64,000 bases of DNA. It comes from Octopus vulgaris. Its lineage: Eukaryota. The notes beneath the pieces were generated by a model. The model saw only the letters and a program-made list of their open reading frames with translations, did no database searches and was not told where the DNA came from. Position numbers and translations under genes: made by a program. How positions within the stretch are numbered: the first letter of the stretch is position 1; each line of letters opens with the position of its first letter. Location: contig OX597817.1 of the NCBI GenBank assembly GCA_951406725.2, forward strand, positions 43,028,001-43,092,000. The letters run 5' to 3'. Shown one piece after another: positions 39,896 through 54,118 of this stretch.

Positions 39896-39910
39896 GAAAA
39901 GGAAGGAGGA
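39896..39910 (-). promoter_or_regulatory. TCT/5'TOP-like initiator
   Basis: TCCTCCTTCCTTTTC contains YCTYTYY, about 120 nt upstream of the ATG. Confidence 0.55.
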
Positions 39911-42900
39911 GATAATTGCAACGTTCAACTACGCCTGCGTCATTATACTATGGAATGAAAGAATAGTCAGAATTGCAGAAGTATGGATGGACAGATATTC
40001 GTGATTAATTCTCAGTAAACCACGAAAAGCAATCTCTAGTTTTTACTGATAGGAACAGGACTTTGTCAAATCTCTAGAAAACCATAGTCGACGAATCACA
40101 TGAAATATCTATGTAAAAGAAGTAGGAATTTAAGCGTATTTCCCTACCGACTTTGTTTCCTCACTACTATCACAGAAATGGGAATAAGTGGCACAATTGT
40201 GTAATCTCTAGTTGTTACTGATTGGAACAGGACTTCATTAAATCTCGAGAAAACCATTGTCGACAAATCATATGAAATATATATGTAAAAGAAGTAGGGG
40301 ATCTTTTCACTTTGACCGGCAGATTTAAGTGAAATCATCCGAAGTAGGAATTTAAGCGTATTCCTCTACCAATTTTGTTTCCTCATAACTATCACAGAAA
40401 TAGATATTAGTGGTAGAGGACGAGTGGCACAATTGTGTAGCTATGCCAATTTAAGTATGGATGCTAGTACGACAAATAATTCTAGTTCTTTTCTTGACGA
40501 TCATTTTGTTTTCACTTCCCCGAGTTTTGATTTTCTTTAAGTTTTACAATTGAATGATTATAATAATAATGTTTCCAATTTTTGGCTCGGTACAAGAAGT
40601 TTTTGAGAGTGGGGCAGTCGATTACATCGAACCCAGTTCTTGACATGGACTTATTTTACCGACCCCGAAAGGATGAAAGGCAATATCGACCTCGGCGAAT
40701 GAATGAAAATAAGAAGAATAATGCTCTTGCAGTAAGAATGTTAATTAAATGATGATAATAGCAATAATATGTTAAAATACAAATGAAGAAAACATTATTC
40801 TGTATTGCATAGAGAATTTTTGGCCCATATTCGACAACCACCAGGCTCATTATGTACCAAGGTTGGAAAACATGAGCAGAAGTTTAAAAACTAATCATTG
40901 ACAAAAATCCTAAAAGACAGTAAAAACGGCACAATATACTCCCATATCGCCTTCTTTTTTTTAAGGATTAATTTGTAATCATCAGAATTTAGCGCGATTT
41001 CTTTTCAATTATAGTAAATAGAAATGGAGTTGAGAAGAAAGTAGGTCTATTGCAGAATAACTAAAATAATAATAATAATCCTTTCTACAAAAGACACAAG
41101 ACCAGAAATTTGGGGGGAGGAGACTAGTCGATTACATCGCCCTCGGTGCGTAACTGGTACTTAATTTATCGACCCCGAAAGGATGAGAGGCAAAGTCGAC
41201 CTCGGCGGAATTTGAACTCAGAACGTGCAGACAGATTAAATACCACTAAGCATTTTGCCCGGTGTGCCAACGATTCTGCCCGCAGCGCTCTTAACAAATT
41301 CGTTTTTCGTTTATCGCACAATTTTTGTTTTTGCATATTAGCTATTCTTTTGCTTTCCGCTCAATCACAGTGGCCTATAGGTAACCGCCAGATGTACTAG
41401 AAATAATAACCAAGTCTCCTTCATCAATCGGCAAAAATCAAATCGCTTCCAAACAAATACACTTTTTCTTTAAGCATTTCTATGTAAGAAAGATGGAAAT
41501 AAATTAATGAAATGAAATAACTTTTAAACATTTTAAAAATTACATTATAGACCGAAAGTTAAAAAAGCAGGAGACACGGAATATCAAACAGGTTTTGTTA
41601 AAACATCTATTTGATAATTATATAAAGAGCCATTTAGAAAGTACGAAATTTACTTTAAAAAAGGTTGTGACAAAGGATATAAAGCAGTAATAATTCAGTT
41701 CCAAAACCGGTTGAATGTGTGGTTTACAAGCTCGTTTTGCAACTATGTGCGTTTGGGTTCAGTTCCACTACGCGACCCATTGAGCAAGTATTTACTATAG
41801 TCCCGGGCCGACCAATATGCTGTGGGTGAATTTTGCAGACGGAAACTAAGGGAGCCCGTCGCAAGTATATATATATATATATATACATTTGTGTATTTGA
41901 ATTTGTCTCCTACCACGGCTTGACAACCAGTGTTGGTTTGTTTGCGACCCCATGATTCAAGGGTTCGACAGAAAGAGCCCAATAGAACAAGTACCAGACA
42001 TAAAAATGTCATTGGGGGGGGGGGTATTCTACTAAACCCTTTACAGTGGTATCCAAGTGTGACAAAAGTCCAATGATTGAAACATCTAAAACAGAGAAAA
42101 TAAGTTTTTCCTTGTGGTGTACCTGAGCACTGTATACAATAATTTCATTATTATCTCAGCAGAATTAATTCAGGTCAATAATCATACCAATGTCTTTTAA
42201 TTTCTTGCTTATATTTGATGATCATTTCCAAGAACAACTTTAAATGAGCCCAGAAATAGTACAGGTGAAGAATTTTTCCACCCTTTTGAATGTTATACAT
42301 GAGCCAACAAATTCATCATTGAACCGTGTTGTAGACTTTATACATCACTTTCTGTGTGTCATTTCTTGGAAGTTTGCTCACCTTTAGAGTATTGTACTTC
42401 AGATCCACACCACAACCACTGCACTGTCTGAAATTTTTTAGATGTAGTTGTAAGATGATGAGCTGCCAGAATCATTGGTGACCAGTGATAAAGTCACAAT
42501 TTTGCTTGGGAAAAAAAGATACAATTAATTTATGGTGGCCAGTAATAAAGTCACAGGGAAAAAAGTCACAATTAATTTATGGGATCTAGATGAAACCCCC
42601 TCAGACACACACACACATACATCCCCACCTGGACAAAACCTGTGACTTTTTTTACTTGGATTCGAACCATTAGCACACCAGGCAAAATGCTCAACAGCAT
42701 TTCATCAATCTTTATGTTCTGTGTTCACATTCTGCGAATGTTGACTTTGCCTTTCATCCTTTTGAGGTTGATAAATAAGTACCTGTTGAAGACTAGGAAC
42801 AATGTAATTAACTTACCATCTCTCTTGGAATTGCAGGCCTTATGCCAAAATTTGAAACCAATATTCTAATAGTTGTAACCTTTGTATAACTGTAACGCTT

Positions 42901-44627
42901 TGAAGCATACACCAATTTGAGTTGGCTAAAATTTCCTGTGTTTCTGAGGTGAATGTTTCTTACACATTCACTGCTGTTTTCTGTTGCTATACATTCATCA
43001 ATAATAGCTGGATAGCTTCTGTGGTTGCTTGACCAAACTTCCCTTGACAATAGTAATGAGCAAATCATTTATTCCTCCCGCCTTTTTTTTTTTTAGGAGG
43101 CACATGGCTTAGTGGTTAGGGTGTTGGACACATGATTGTAAGATTATGGTTTTGATTCCTGGACCAGGTAATGCATTGCCTTCTTGAGCAAAACACTTCG
43201 TTTTTGCATTACTCTAGTCCACTTGGGAGATATGGATGATCCTGTGACGGACCAGCGTCATCCCATCCAGGGAATATATATGCCAAAGAAATGGGGAAAT
43301 CAGCCCTAAGGTCCTTATGGAGTAATGTGGACAAACCGTAACCTTTTTTGTTGTTTTTACAATTAACGTTAATTTTCACCTTATTTGATCCTTTTCCGGG
43401 ACAACCTGTAATGAGGCAGTACCTGAATACCGCAAATTTTGAGTTCTAGATGTGGTCTTCCACAAGACTACAGCTTTGTGTATTGAATTCTTCTCTGCTA
43501 CAGATCTTCCTTCACCTTATGCATTTCTTATGCTAAAGCAACAAATAAATTAATAAATAAATATGTATCTTTTCCTCAATTTTAAATTCAAACTTCTAAT
43601 CTTACCAAGGAGAAATGATTATCTCCCTTTTATTAACTGCCTGATTGGGAACACTGCAGACTCAAATTAGTTTATTTTAAAGTTCATATATTTTCTATAT
43701 GTAGCTATTATATATGAGTATCAAACTGAAATGAAAATACAAGAAGTAGAAGTATTGGGGTGAAACGTCCCAAATGCAAAACTGTCAAATGAGGTGTGAC
43801 AATGCACTGGCACCAAATCCTTTTTCAGTGTCAGAAATGAAGAGGAAAGGACCTTCACTTTAAAATTATTTTACTTTAACATATCTTTTGTACATGTAGT
43901 AATTTTAAATGGACAAAAAGTTAAAGCAAAAGTGACATGCTGTTTAATCTTGGGTTAGCTTTGATCAGGCAGATCTAAGGTCAACAACATTGTAGCAATG
44001 CCCCAGCTGAGATTTAAACAATGGCTCTCAGATTTTCCCAGTCTAGAACCGTGAACTAATGTATCTCCATAAAATGTATTAAACCAATGTGAATATAGCT
44101 TGACCATTCAGCACTGGCTAACTTATTATAGCTGAGGCTGCAGCCTTCAAAGGAAGTGTACAAATTTTCTCATAAAACAGTCTGGCTGAAGATTCTAGAA
44201 CTTCTGGGCCAACAGTAATAAAAGGCGAGCAAATTCAACTTTAAAAAGAGCTAACCCAGGTTTATACAGATCATGTTACTCTTCCCCCATCTGGTAGTTT
44301 CTCACTTCTCTCACCTTGCCAAACTTAATGGACTACAGAGCCAATAGCAGTCATGGGGAATCTATGTTACTTGTCTCAGTATGTTGCTCTCTCTTTCCTT
44401 CTTCACTTACGTAACATACATTAATTACATGCAGTGATTTGAATTCTTTGCATTCCTTTGATAATATTAACAAGAAAGTTATACATAGAAGATTCCTGTT
44501 AGGTTCGTTAAACATTGTTACATTAATTTATTGAACATACATTTGTAAATATAACAATGCCATGTTAATAGGGTATTTGAAAACTGAAACTTTAGTACAG
44601 TTCAATTTTTAAGAGATGAGGAATTAT

Positions 44628-44891
44628 GTACATTATTTACATTTGATGGATATTTGTGCTCATCTTGTTATCTGGCATAGTGGTTAAGAGCATGGGCTAC
44701 TAACCCAACATTCCGAGTTCAATTCCAGGCAGTGACCTGAATAATAATAATAACATTGAAAAATACCTAAGGAATAAGAACCCAGGTTTGAAATTTCCCC
44801 AAGACACCTGAAGAAGGCTGGAGTGTATATCAGCCGAAATGTGTTAGTAACAAACAAGATGAGGACAAATATTCGTCAAATGTAAATAATG
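44628..44891. mobile_element. Penelope-like inverted-repeat remnant with a tRNA-like insert
   Basis: Terminal inverted arms CATTATTTACATTTGA..CTCATCTTGTT / AACAAGATGAG..TCAAATGTAAATAATG, with an internal CTGAAGA-stem-GAAA motif. Confidence 0.55.
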
Positions 44892-46099
44892 AAACTTCAG
44901 TGTGGTCATTGTCTGCACATACACCTACCTCACACTGAACAACCTTCAAAGAAATGATGTCTAATTACCACACTAAAGCATTCTAGTCATGACCATCCTG
45001 TCTTTTTAATTATAACTACATTATTTAATGTACTATTTTCCTTTTAAAGATGTGTACTGTAATATGAAGGAAATTCAGGTACTTTTTTATTCAGGTTGAA
45101 TGACTTTCTGTTATTGCTCACTGGTCAAGCAGCCATAGTAGTTTGCTTTTATTTCATTGTTACTGCTTGAAACCTTCTACAATAATCTGCAATTCCTTGT
45201 CATTTCCTCCGTTTTCATTTACATTTCAATTTCATTAACTGTGAATATGTACACTTCTACTTATTTAAAGATGAAGGACATTCTTGGCTTGCTAATTCAG
45301 TGGAATTCAAACAAGAAACCTGGCTGGGTTGCTTGCAACAGAGTTAACTTCATTAAAGGAGCCCAAAAACTATGTAGTGGTATTGAACCTAGCAACAGAT
45401 TAAGTCAACCAACCAAGAGCTCAGAATAAAAAAAAAGGCCAGAAGATATTTCATCCAATGTTCTATTTATCTGCCAGTCCACTGCCCTGGACTGAGCCTG
45501 TATTTTACTGATCCTAAAATGATGAAAGACAAAGCTGATTTTTTACTATTTGAACCCAGAATATAAATACTGCAATGCATTTAGTCCTTTATTTTAATAA
45601 CTTTGCCACTTCACTATCTATACACATATAGAAATTTTTTTAAAAATTCATATCCACATACACATGTCAGTAAACATAAATGATGTCAAATGCGCATCAT
45701 AGCAAAGATGGCAAACTGGTTGCAATATAAGAGCATTGATAAAATATCTTGTAGCATTTGTTCTGGCTCCATGTGCTAATTTCAAATTCTGCCAGAAGGA
45801 AATGAGTGATGACATGTAGCTGAGTAAGTTGCAGCAGTGGGGAGGGTGAGGAGGCAGATACTATGCATGAGGAGGTGATGGAGGAGGAAAGTTAATTTGG
45901 TGGCTCAGTGATGGGTGTGTGATCAACGTAAAGTGTGGGTGGAGAGTAGAGTATTGATTCATGAATGAAGTATAGAAATAGAAATGGTTCTTGGTAGTAG
46001 GATGAATAAGTGGTATCATGGAAGAACAGCAGTTAGAGAGATGGTGAGTGGTGGTGGTGGTGTCATGAAGAAAAGATTGGGAAAAGGGCCCAGTTATGC

Positions 46100-47560
46100 A
46101 TGAATACCAGTCTAACTTTGCCCTTTGTTGGCTGCACCATTGCCATTAGAGGTAGCACTCCACTCACCACCTCCTCCTTCAATGGGATAAGGACCCCATC
46201 TTAATCCACTTCTCTACCTCTTCTTCTAACTTGCCCCTGGCATGTCCTTTCAGAGTATGCTGGTAGCAGCTCACCTTGTTCTTCTGTGTCAGGAGTCCTT
46301 CTTTCCAGTGCCACTTTATTGTCCATCGCTGAGCATCAAACGCTGCCCGAAAATCCTTGTCTTCAATTGCATATGCAGTGCAGCTCCTCACAGGGCTCTG
46401 CTCTTACTCACATTCCTGACTCACAGTGCACAATGCCTCCATGGCACCAAACAAAACCACGTCTCCTCCAACACTGACATCTCCAAGGTGGTCGATTGTG
46501 TCCATCCCCATTACCACATCAATCCCGTCTATCATGTGGTTGATCACGATCGCCTGAAGCCTTAGCGTTGTGCCTCACACTGCTATATCCACATCACTGC
46601 TACCCTTGCATTTGATTTCACTGCCATTGATCACCTGGACGCTACTCATCCCCTTCCATTTCTTTGTCACCCTCAGGGTTACAAGTGTCATCATGCAGCC
46701 CATGTCCACTAGGGCCTTGAATGTGTTTCCCCTGACCACATTTCAATTATGAGCAGTGACTTCACCGACACCTCTACTCATTTGCGGAGGAAATTTGAGA
46801 GGCTAACAACTTCCCTTGTGGCCTTTTCCCTGGTTATAATTTCAGGCGATATGCTCAGTCTGTTTGCACTGGTAGCAAACTGGTCAAGGCTCTGCGCAGT
46901 CCCTCACCATGTGCGGTCCTTGGCAGTTAAAACACTGACCTGTGAACGATTACTGTCATTCCACAGTAGGCCTCTTTTTGTCCTTCACCAGTCATCGCGC
47001 AGATTTGCAGGCTTCTGCAGCCACCATCACTACTGCCTAGTGTTGTGTGTCAACACACAGGCTTGAATGATGAGCTCGCTCATTGCCATTTTGTTGCCCC
47101 CTGACAACTGTTGTAGTTGCACTGACATGTCAGGAAAGCAATTCACAAAAGCCAGTTGAACTACTTTCTCAAGTCCCTCACTGGTAAGACCAGACAACAA
47201 AACCAGCTTCTGAACCTCCACAGCGTATTCGTTGACCTGTTCCCCCTCTCCATTTGATCATTCCCAGCTTAGCAAAAGCAGGATACTCTCCATCCGTGTA
47301 AGCCTCACTCAAGTGCTGCTCGATCTTTGCCATGCTCAGTTGTTCTTCTTTATCCATTTCGAGGTACAGTGGCAGTGCACTCCCCTCCAAATACAGGGCC
47401 ATGGGGCTCGTTACATCTTCAATGCCTTGTAGCCTGGCCATAATTTTGACCTTTCAAATCCAGGCTACTACATCTTCTTTGCCAAAGAAAAGTCTGGTGA
47501 CATCACTGCCAATCCTTATCTTTGCTGCCATCATATATCAAGGGGACAACAATGTTTGTA
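46100..47560 (-). mobile_element. Decayed Ty3/gypsy-like gag-protease-RT remnant
   Basis: LYLEGSAL..YLEM gag-like segment, zinc-knuckle remnant CYQCKQTEHIA, and LEEEVEKWIK preceding RT; multiple frameshifts. Confidence 0.7.
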
Positions 47561-48765
47561 TACAATTGCCGAAATAGCTTGTTGTGCGTGGGAAATGAAA
47601 AGAGGTTCACCTACTGTCCTCTCTTGTCTGCGCCTGTCTAGTGGTAGTCATTCTAGCGATCCTGCTCTACCCTGTCACCCAGTATAAGCGGCTGCTATCT
47701 CACCAACCTGGGAGTGAATTCCCTGACGTCCATTCGCAATGCCTCAGCTGGCCAAAAGAGGATGTCCCTGTTCTGTTACCCCTGCACTTCCCTTCTCACG
47801 CTTCCTGTTCCATTGACATCATGGCCCTCTTCTTCCGGCTCATCCCCACAGATATTTGCTAATTATACCGCTGAGGCAACAAAAGCTGTCTGCTATTTCT
47901 AGTGAGCCTTCTGTGCATTTAAGAAAATCTATTTCCAATATACAATACTTGTCACAAAAGTGCAATTAACTGCTGTCACAAAGGACATAGTTTGAAGGAT
48001 ATGAAATGATGGTAGTTGAGTTGGTTTCGGACTGCATATAATGAATGCACAGCACTTATTAACAATTGGCAGAATTTTATTTCACTGCACAAATATTTTC
48101 CATGTTGGTCATAAATTAAAGATGCATCAACAAAGTTGACATACTGAAAAGGACAATTCTATAGCTCTTATGAATAGTTGATAAAGAAGGCTTTATAATT
48201 ATGCTGCCAAGACAGGAGAAAATATACACACTGGTGAATTAGAGTTGCTGTCTAGGTTGATCTAAAAAGTCATGAGAGCAATTGTTAAAAGCAGCAAAAC
48301 GAAAATGTGGCTAGCTTAGCTGCAGATGGCCACAAACTGAAGTTTGGTACTCAAGATATACCTATTTATAAGTTTTGTAAAGGAGTGTTCTAGCAACTTC
48401 TAGAAAGATGCATCACATGATGTGTTGATGCTTATTGGTCCATCACTTGGCTGATCACATGTAAAAGCTGTTGCTAAGCTGTGATTTTAACTGGGAAATT
48501 TGCCAATTTGGTTTCAAATCTTGCTACATGCTCATGGTATGTACTGTTCAAGTGCATCTATTACATATGAAGTTTACGTTCTCTGTTACTCTGCCTGTGA
48601 TTCCACTACATCATATGTGTATCCATTGGGTTACAGTATATGGAGCTTATACTTACTCCTTTTCTGAGTATCAAGCAAGAGCATTTTCTTGAAGATATCA
48701 TGGTCCTGTCTTCTTTCTAAAATACTAAAACCTTTGCTTTTGCTAGGTTCTAGGTTTATCTTTAA

Positions 48766-49149
48766 CTAGCAGTATCGCCCGGCGTTGATCGGGTTGTAAG
48801 GGAAATAACTATATAAGCATTTTTAGAGAGTTATAGCCCAAAAATAGCAAAAAAATGCATTAAAAATTGAAAAAAAATTAAGGTAAATTTTTATTTTAAA
48901 TCGTTGACACATCGTAGATATTTTTAGAGAGTTACTTCCCTTATATAAAAGCGAAAAAATGCATTAAAATGGAAAAATATGATGGTAAATTTTTTTTAAA
49001 TCGTAGACGCGCGCTAATACCCAGAAGGGCTTGATATGAATCACGACAATAAGATACCCGGTTTTGGTTAAACTGCACCGCAAAATGTGGGAGTAGTTAC
49101 GAATCTAAATCGTAGGAGACAGACACACAACTTCACTTTTATATAAAGA
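48766..49149 (-). mobile_element. Non-autonomous Helitron
   Basis: 5' TC, 3' hairpin CCCG..CAACGCCGGG followed by CTAG, inserted at A^T. Confidence 0.85.
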
Positions 49150-49585
49150 TGCTTTTTTTTTTCAGTCATAGAGTTAGATTTATGAAGGTCTTCAGTAGAA
49201 AATCCTTCGAATTCTGACTCGCTGCTTGATATAATGAAATTCGTATCCATTTTTTGTCAGAATTACAAATTTTGAAAACACAATAGGAACAAATTTCGGA
49301 AAAAAATCTCCCATAATTCACAGAATTAAAATTACACTTTGATTTTTGTACAAAACTGTATTTGAAGTGTTTACGAAGAATAATACGTGTTTTCACGAAT
49401 GTACTAAAGAGATTTACTCTGATATTCTCATTTAAATATGAATAGGTAAATTCGGGCGGTTTGGTAACGAAAGGGTTAAACGGATGCATACATTTATTAA
49501 TAACTATATATAAGTGTCGTCTGTTTATACATAAACACTGTTTCATACTGCAATTATATATACATATATCTATATATAATATTAC

Positions 49586-50430
49586 TAGCAGAATTGCCCG
49601 GCGTTGCTCGGGGCTGAATTGCTTGAAAGTACTGTTAATGATTGCACTGAATTATGATGATTATTCAGGCAAATATTGATATAAGTTTACGGTGGGAGAT
49701 AAGGACTTAACGATCAAACGTGTGCCATTGCATTGTTTTGGGGGAACCAAATTTCTGATGAGCATTATAGGGGCACCAACTTTAAGTTTGAGAAAGTGTG
49801 GTGGTAGTCCGGGGTGCTCAAAGGAATTGAGTACCTCTATTGGATAGTTGATGACGTCCTCTGGGTCAGGAGTTGTATCGATAGACTGATATACATAGAC
49901 TTCCCCAGGAATGAGTTTTAGCATTTCATCATTAATATGGTGAACAGTTTTATTCCTCGGGGCCAGTATAGCCTTTTTGCCAATCCAATCCATATTCTGA
50001 TAATTAGCTTGTAGATCTGGGAACACTGCATCTCTGAGATCAGAAGGCGTCTTAACAATGTTACAAATGGAATCGATGGCAATATTACCATTTTCATCCC
50101 CTGGTATTTTGCCTTCGCCAAGTGCAAGGAGGGTGTGAGGAAATGCTGCTGATGTGATATTACGTCGCATATGAGCACGCATATTGGTGTGAAGTTTGAG
50201 AGTTACTTCCCTTTATTAAAAAAATATGCATTAAAATGGAAAAAAATGATGGTAAATTATTTGTAAAATCATAGACTCATCGTAGACGCGCGCTAATACC
50301 CAGAAGGGCTCGATATGAATCACGACTATAAGATACCCGGTTTTGGTTAAACTGCATCGCAAAATGTGGGAGTAGTTAGGAATCTAAATCGGAGTAGACA
50401 GACACACAACCTTTCTTTTATATATAAATA
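49586..50430 (-). mobile_element. Helitron carrying a PIF1 helicase fragment (ORF 49661-50182)
   Basis: AILAPRN..V..IN, GLPPHFLKLKVGAPIMLIRNL..CNGTRLIV; CCCGAGCAACGCCGGGC hairpin followed by CTAG. Confidence 0.9.
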
Positions 50431-51496
50431 TTTTCGTCCTAAAGAACTTTGTATGGATTGAATGGTTACCTCTATGGAAATATATACACGCACATTATAC
50501 ATACATGTGTGTATAGATGAATATATAAATACATTTAAATATCTATATACACTTTTGGGCGATCTTTCTGTTTCTTAGAGATAACTTTATCCCGTCCGAT
50601 TCGCTCCAAAATTTACAGGGACATGTAGAATGAGGTGACGATGCTCGTGGGCTACCTTAGAAATCCCTATCTTAAAAGGTGTGGTTGCTAGGGGCCATCT
50701 TCCTCACTCACCCTATTTCCTCCAGTACCCTTTCACTCCTCTTCATTTGACAAGCCACTACGGTTATTTAATGTAAAGTCTTCCTCAAATCACTCTGTCG
50801 CTATTTACTCTCTTCCAAGAACATTTTCACTCACTCTTATCTCTTAGCTTCCCATACATTTTACTCATGTATCTATCAGCGTCATAGACAGAAACAAATA
50901 TTACATCGCCATCGCCATCGCATTCTATTGTCAACCTGTCAACACACACACAGTGAATTACTTTCACTTTATTCGTTGCACACTGTGTGTGCGCGTGTGC
51001 GTGTGCTGTAGACCACACTAAGAGAAGCATTTGACTCATACACCACAATGTGAGTTTTCTCTAAATTTTGCTTAATTGGGGTTGAAATTTTAAAAGTGGA
51101 CCTGGCAAAACCCGATGCATTCTACTCTTAAAAATGCTAGGTAAATTGTAATTGAAGAAATCCTATATTGTAGATTTCTATAACTGACAAAGGGAGGCAG
51201 ATAAAATCTGCCTTTTATAATAAGAGATGCCTGACATTTCCTTTCAAATTTCACTATACATTCAGCCCTGAGAACTATATCATCAACAGCCAGCCTTATA
51301 CTCCTCTGTGATGACCTGTAGAACTATGAATAGGAGAGGACTGACCCTTGATCAACTGAACCTTTATGCTAAATTCACTCACTGCTTCTTTGTATACAGC
51401 TTGTACAGTCTCTTACAAGCCTCTCGTAGCTGCCTAGATTCCTTAGTGACCACTAGATTATTGTGTGTCTTCTTGTATATAAACGGAATCAACGTT

Positions 51497-51527
<31 letters not shown>

Positions 51528-51533
<6 letters not shown>

Positions 51534-52210
51534 TATTATAAAAGGCAGATTTTATCTGCCTCCCTTTGGGAGTTATACAAATCTACAATATAGGATTTCT
51601 TCAATTACAATTTACCTAGCATTTTTGAGAGTACAATGCATCGCGTCATGCCAGGTCCAGTTTTTAAAATTTAAACTCCAATTAAGCAAAATTTACAGAA
51701 AACTCACATTCTGGTGTGTGTGTCAAATGCTTTTCTTAGTCTGGTTTACACCACACGCAAACGCACACACACAGTGTGCAATGAATAAACTGAAACTAAT
51801 TCACTGTGTGTTGACAGGTAGAAAATAGAATGCGATGGCGATGGCTATGGCGATGGCGATGGCGATGGCTATGGCGATGGCGATGGCTATGGCGATGGCG
51901 ATGTAATATTTGTTTCTCTCTATGACGCTCATAAAAGCATTGATGTACATGTGTGCGTGCGTGAGTGTGTGTGTGTCATTCCTCACACACACGCATACAC
52001 ATACATATATGAGAGTGGCAAACACAAACGTTTCAAACAACTACATACAAACACGTGTGTGTTTGTTATTAGTAAAAAAAGGCGCCAAAACCCAACTCAC
52101 TTATCATTCCAACACATTTGCAAAGACACACGGACGGTCGAATAACAATACAGAAAAGGTAAATTGGTTTTTATTTTACTCTGTATATATTTTATTATAT
52201 AATGCCTTTT
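51528..52210 (+). mobile_element. Second Helitron-like family (TCTCTTATTATAAAAGGCAG start) with an (ATGGCG)n tract
   Basis: Other copies at about 53586-54020 (+) and 50760-51227 (-). 5' TC start; the two + copies follow (AT)n. Right boundary is approximate. Confidence 0.6.
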
Positions 52211-52289
52211 ATAATAAGAGATATTATATATAGATATATGTATATATAATTGCACCAAACCGCCCGAAAAAAATTTTGGTTAATGTGAC

Positions 52290-53054
52290 CAAGCCGCCCG
52301 AATTTACCTATTCATATTTAAATGAGAATATCAGAGTAAATCTCTTTAGAACATTCGTGAAAACACATATTATACTTCGTAAACAGTTCAAAAATCGAAG
52401 TGTAATTTTAATTCCGTGAATTATGGGAGATTTTTTCCCGAAATTTGTTCCTATTGTGTTTTCAAAATTTGTAATTCTGACAAAAAATGGATACGAATTT
52501 CATTATATCAAGCAGCGAGTCAGAATTCGAAGGATTTTCTACTGAAGACCTTCATAAATCTAACTCTATGACTGAAAAAAAAAAGCATGTGGTATTTGAT
52601 CTCAACCTAAACAAAGCGAAAGAAACGATAGTTTGTTATTTCCCACAACCTTAAATGAAATTAAGGCCTATTTTGCCATAAATATTATTATGGGTATTAG
52701 AAAGTTACCCAGAATAACAAATTCTATCGTAAAATTTTGTTGTATACCCAATTGAATATTAGCTAATAACCCATTTTCTATAGCGATGTTTGAACAAAAT
52801 TTTAATAATTTTATATATTGTTGAATTTACCTGTATCTACCTGCAATTAGAGTCACTTTGTGACAAAAATTATAGTATAGAATTGGTTGAGAACATTTCA
52901 CTAAATTATCTTCCAAAAATCAGATTAATGTATTCATAAATAAAAAAGTTATAGTTGTTTAATGAAACCAGACTAAATTTATGATTACGTTAGAAATTAA
53001 TTGAAACACATAAGGGGTGTATTTTGGTCAGAAATATAGTAACGAAAGGGTTAA
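52290..53054 (+). mobile_element. piggyBac-like non-autonomous element; inverted partial copy at 49151-49478
   Basis: GTAACGAAAGGG-TTAA terminus; short acidic ORF MDTNFIISSSESEFEGFS. Confidence 0.7.
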
Positions 53055-53162
53055 GAAAAACCAAAAAATATTTTATTCTTTGTAAATGTTGTGTTCAAAA
53101 TAACATTTTCTTTTAAGAATGTGTATATAACAAAGTATGTGTATATAACTACGTGGCTTATA

Positions 53163-53559
53163 TCTTTATATATAAGAGTGAAGTTGTGTGTCTGTCTCTT
53201 ACGATTTAGATTCGTAACTACTCCCACATTTTGCTGTGTAGTTTAACCAAAAGCGGGTATCTTATAGTCGTGATTCATATCGAGCCCTTCTGGGTATTAG
53301 CGCGCGTCTACGATGAGTCTACGATTTAAAAAAAATTTACCATCATCTTTTTCCATTTTAATGCATATTTTTCGTTATTATATAAGGGAAGTAACTCTCT
53401 AAAAATATCTACGATGTGTCAACGATTTAAAAAAAAATTGCCTTAATTTTTTTTCAATTTTTATTGCATTTTTTTGCTATTTTTTGGCTATAACTCTCTA
53501 AAAATGCTTATATAGTTATTTCCCTTACAAACCCGAGCAACGCCGGGCGATACTGCTAG
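53163..53559 (+). mobile_element. Non-autonomous Helitron
   Basis: TC...CCCGAGCAACGCCGGGCGATACTGCTAG|T. Confidence 0.88.
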
Positions 53560-53590
<31 letters not shown>

Positions 53591-54044
53591 TATTATAAAA
53601 GGCAGATTTTATCTGCCTCCCTTTGGGAGTTATACAAATCTACAATATAGGATTTCTTCAATTACAATTTACCTAGCATTTTTAAGAGTACAATGCATCG
53701 CGTCATGCCAGGTCCAGTTTTTAAAATTTAAACTCCAATTAAGCAAAATTTACAGAAAACTCACATTCTGGTGTGTGTGTCAAATGCTTTTCTTAGTCTG
53801 GTTTACACCACATGCAAACGCACACACACAGTGGGCAACGAATAAAATGAAAGTAAATAGCGACAGAGTGATTTGAGGAAGACTAAACTGAAAGTATTCT
53901 GTCTATGACGCTGATAGATACATGAGTAAAATGTATGGGAAGCTAAGAGCTAAGAGTGAGTGAAAATAGAGAGAGAGAGAGTGATTTGAGGAAGACTTTC
54001 ATTAAATAACCGTAGTGGCTTGTGTTAGTAATAAAGTAAACATA

Positions 54045-54087
54045 CACTCATACATACATACATACATACATACATACATACATACAT

Positions 54088-54118
<31 letters not shown>

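Noticed and set aside
40030-40440. Local direct duplication upstream of the host gene; short tandem duplications also at 18530-18598 and 56082-56130
   Set aside because: Ordinary slippage-type duplications with no supportable function.
49661-50182. Cellular PIF1 gene
   Set aside because: Intronless fragment bounded by Helitron termini.
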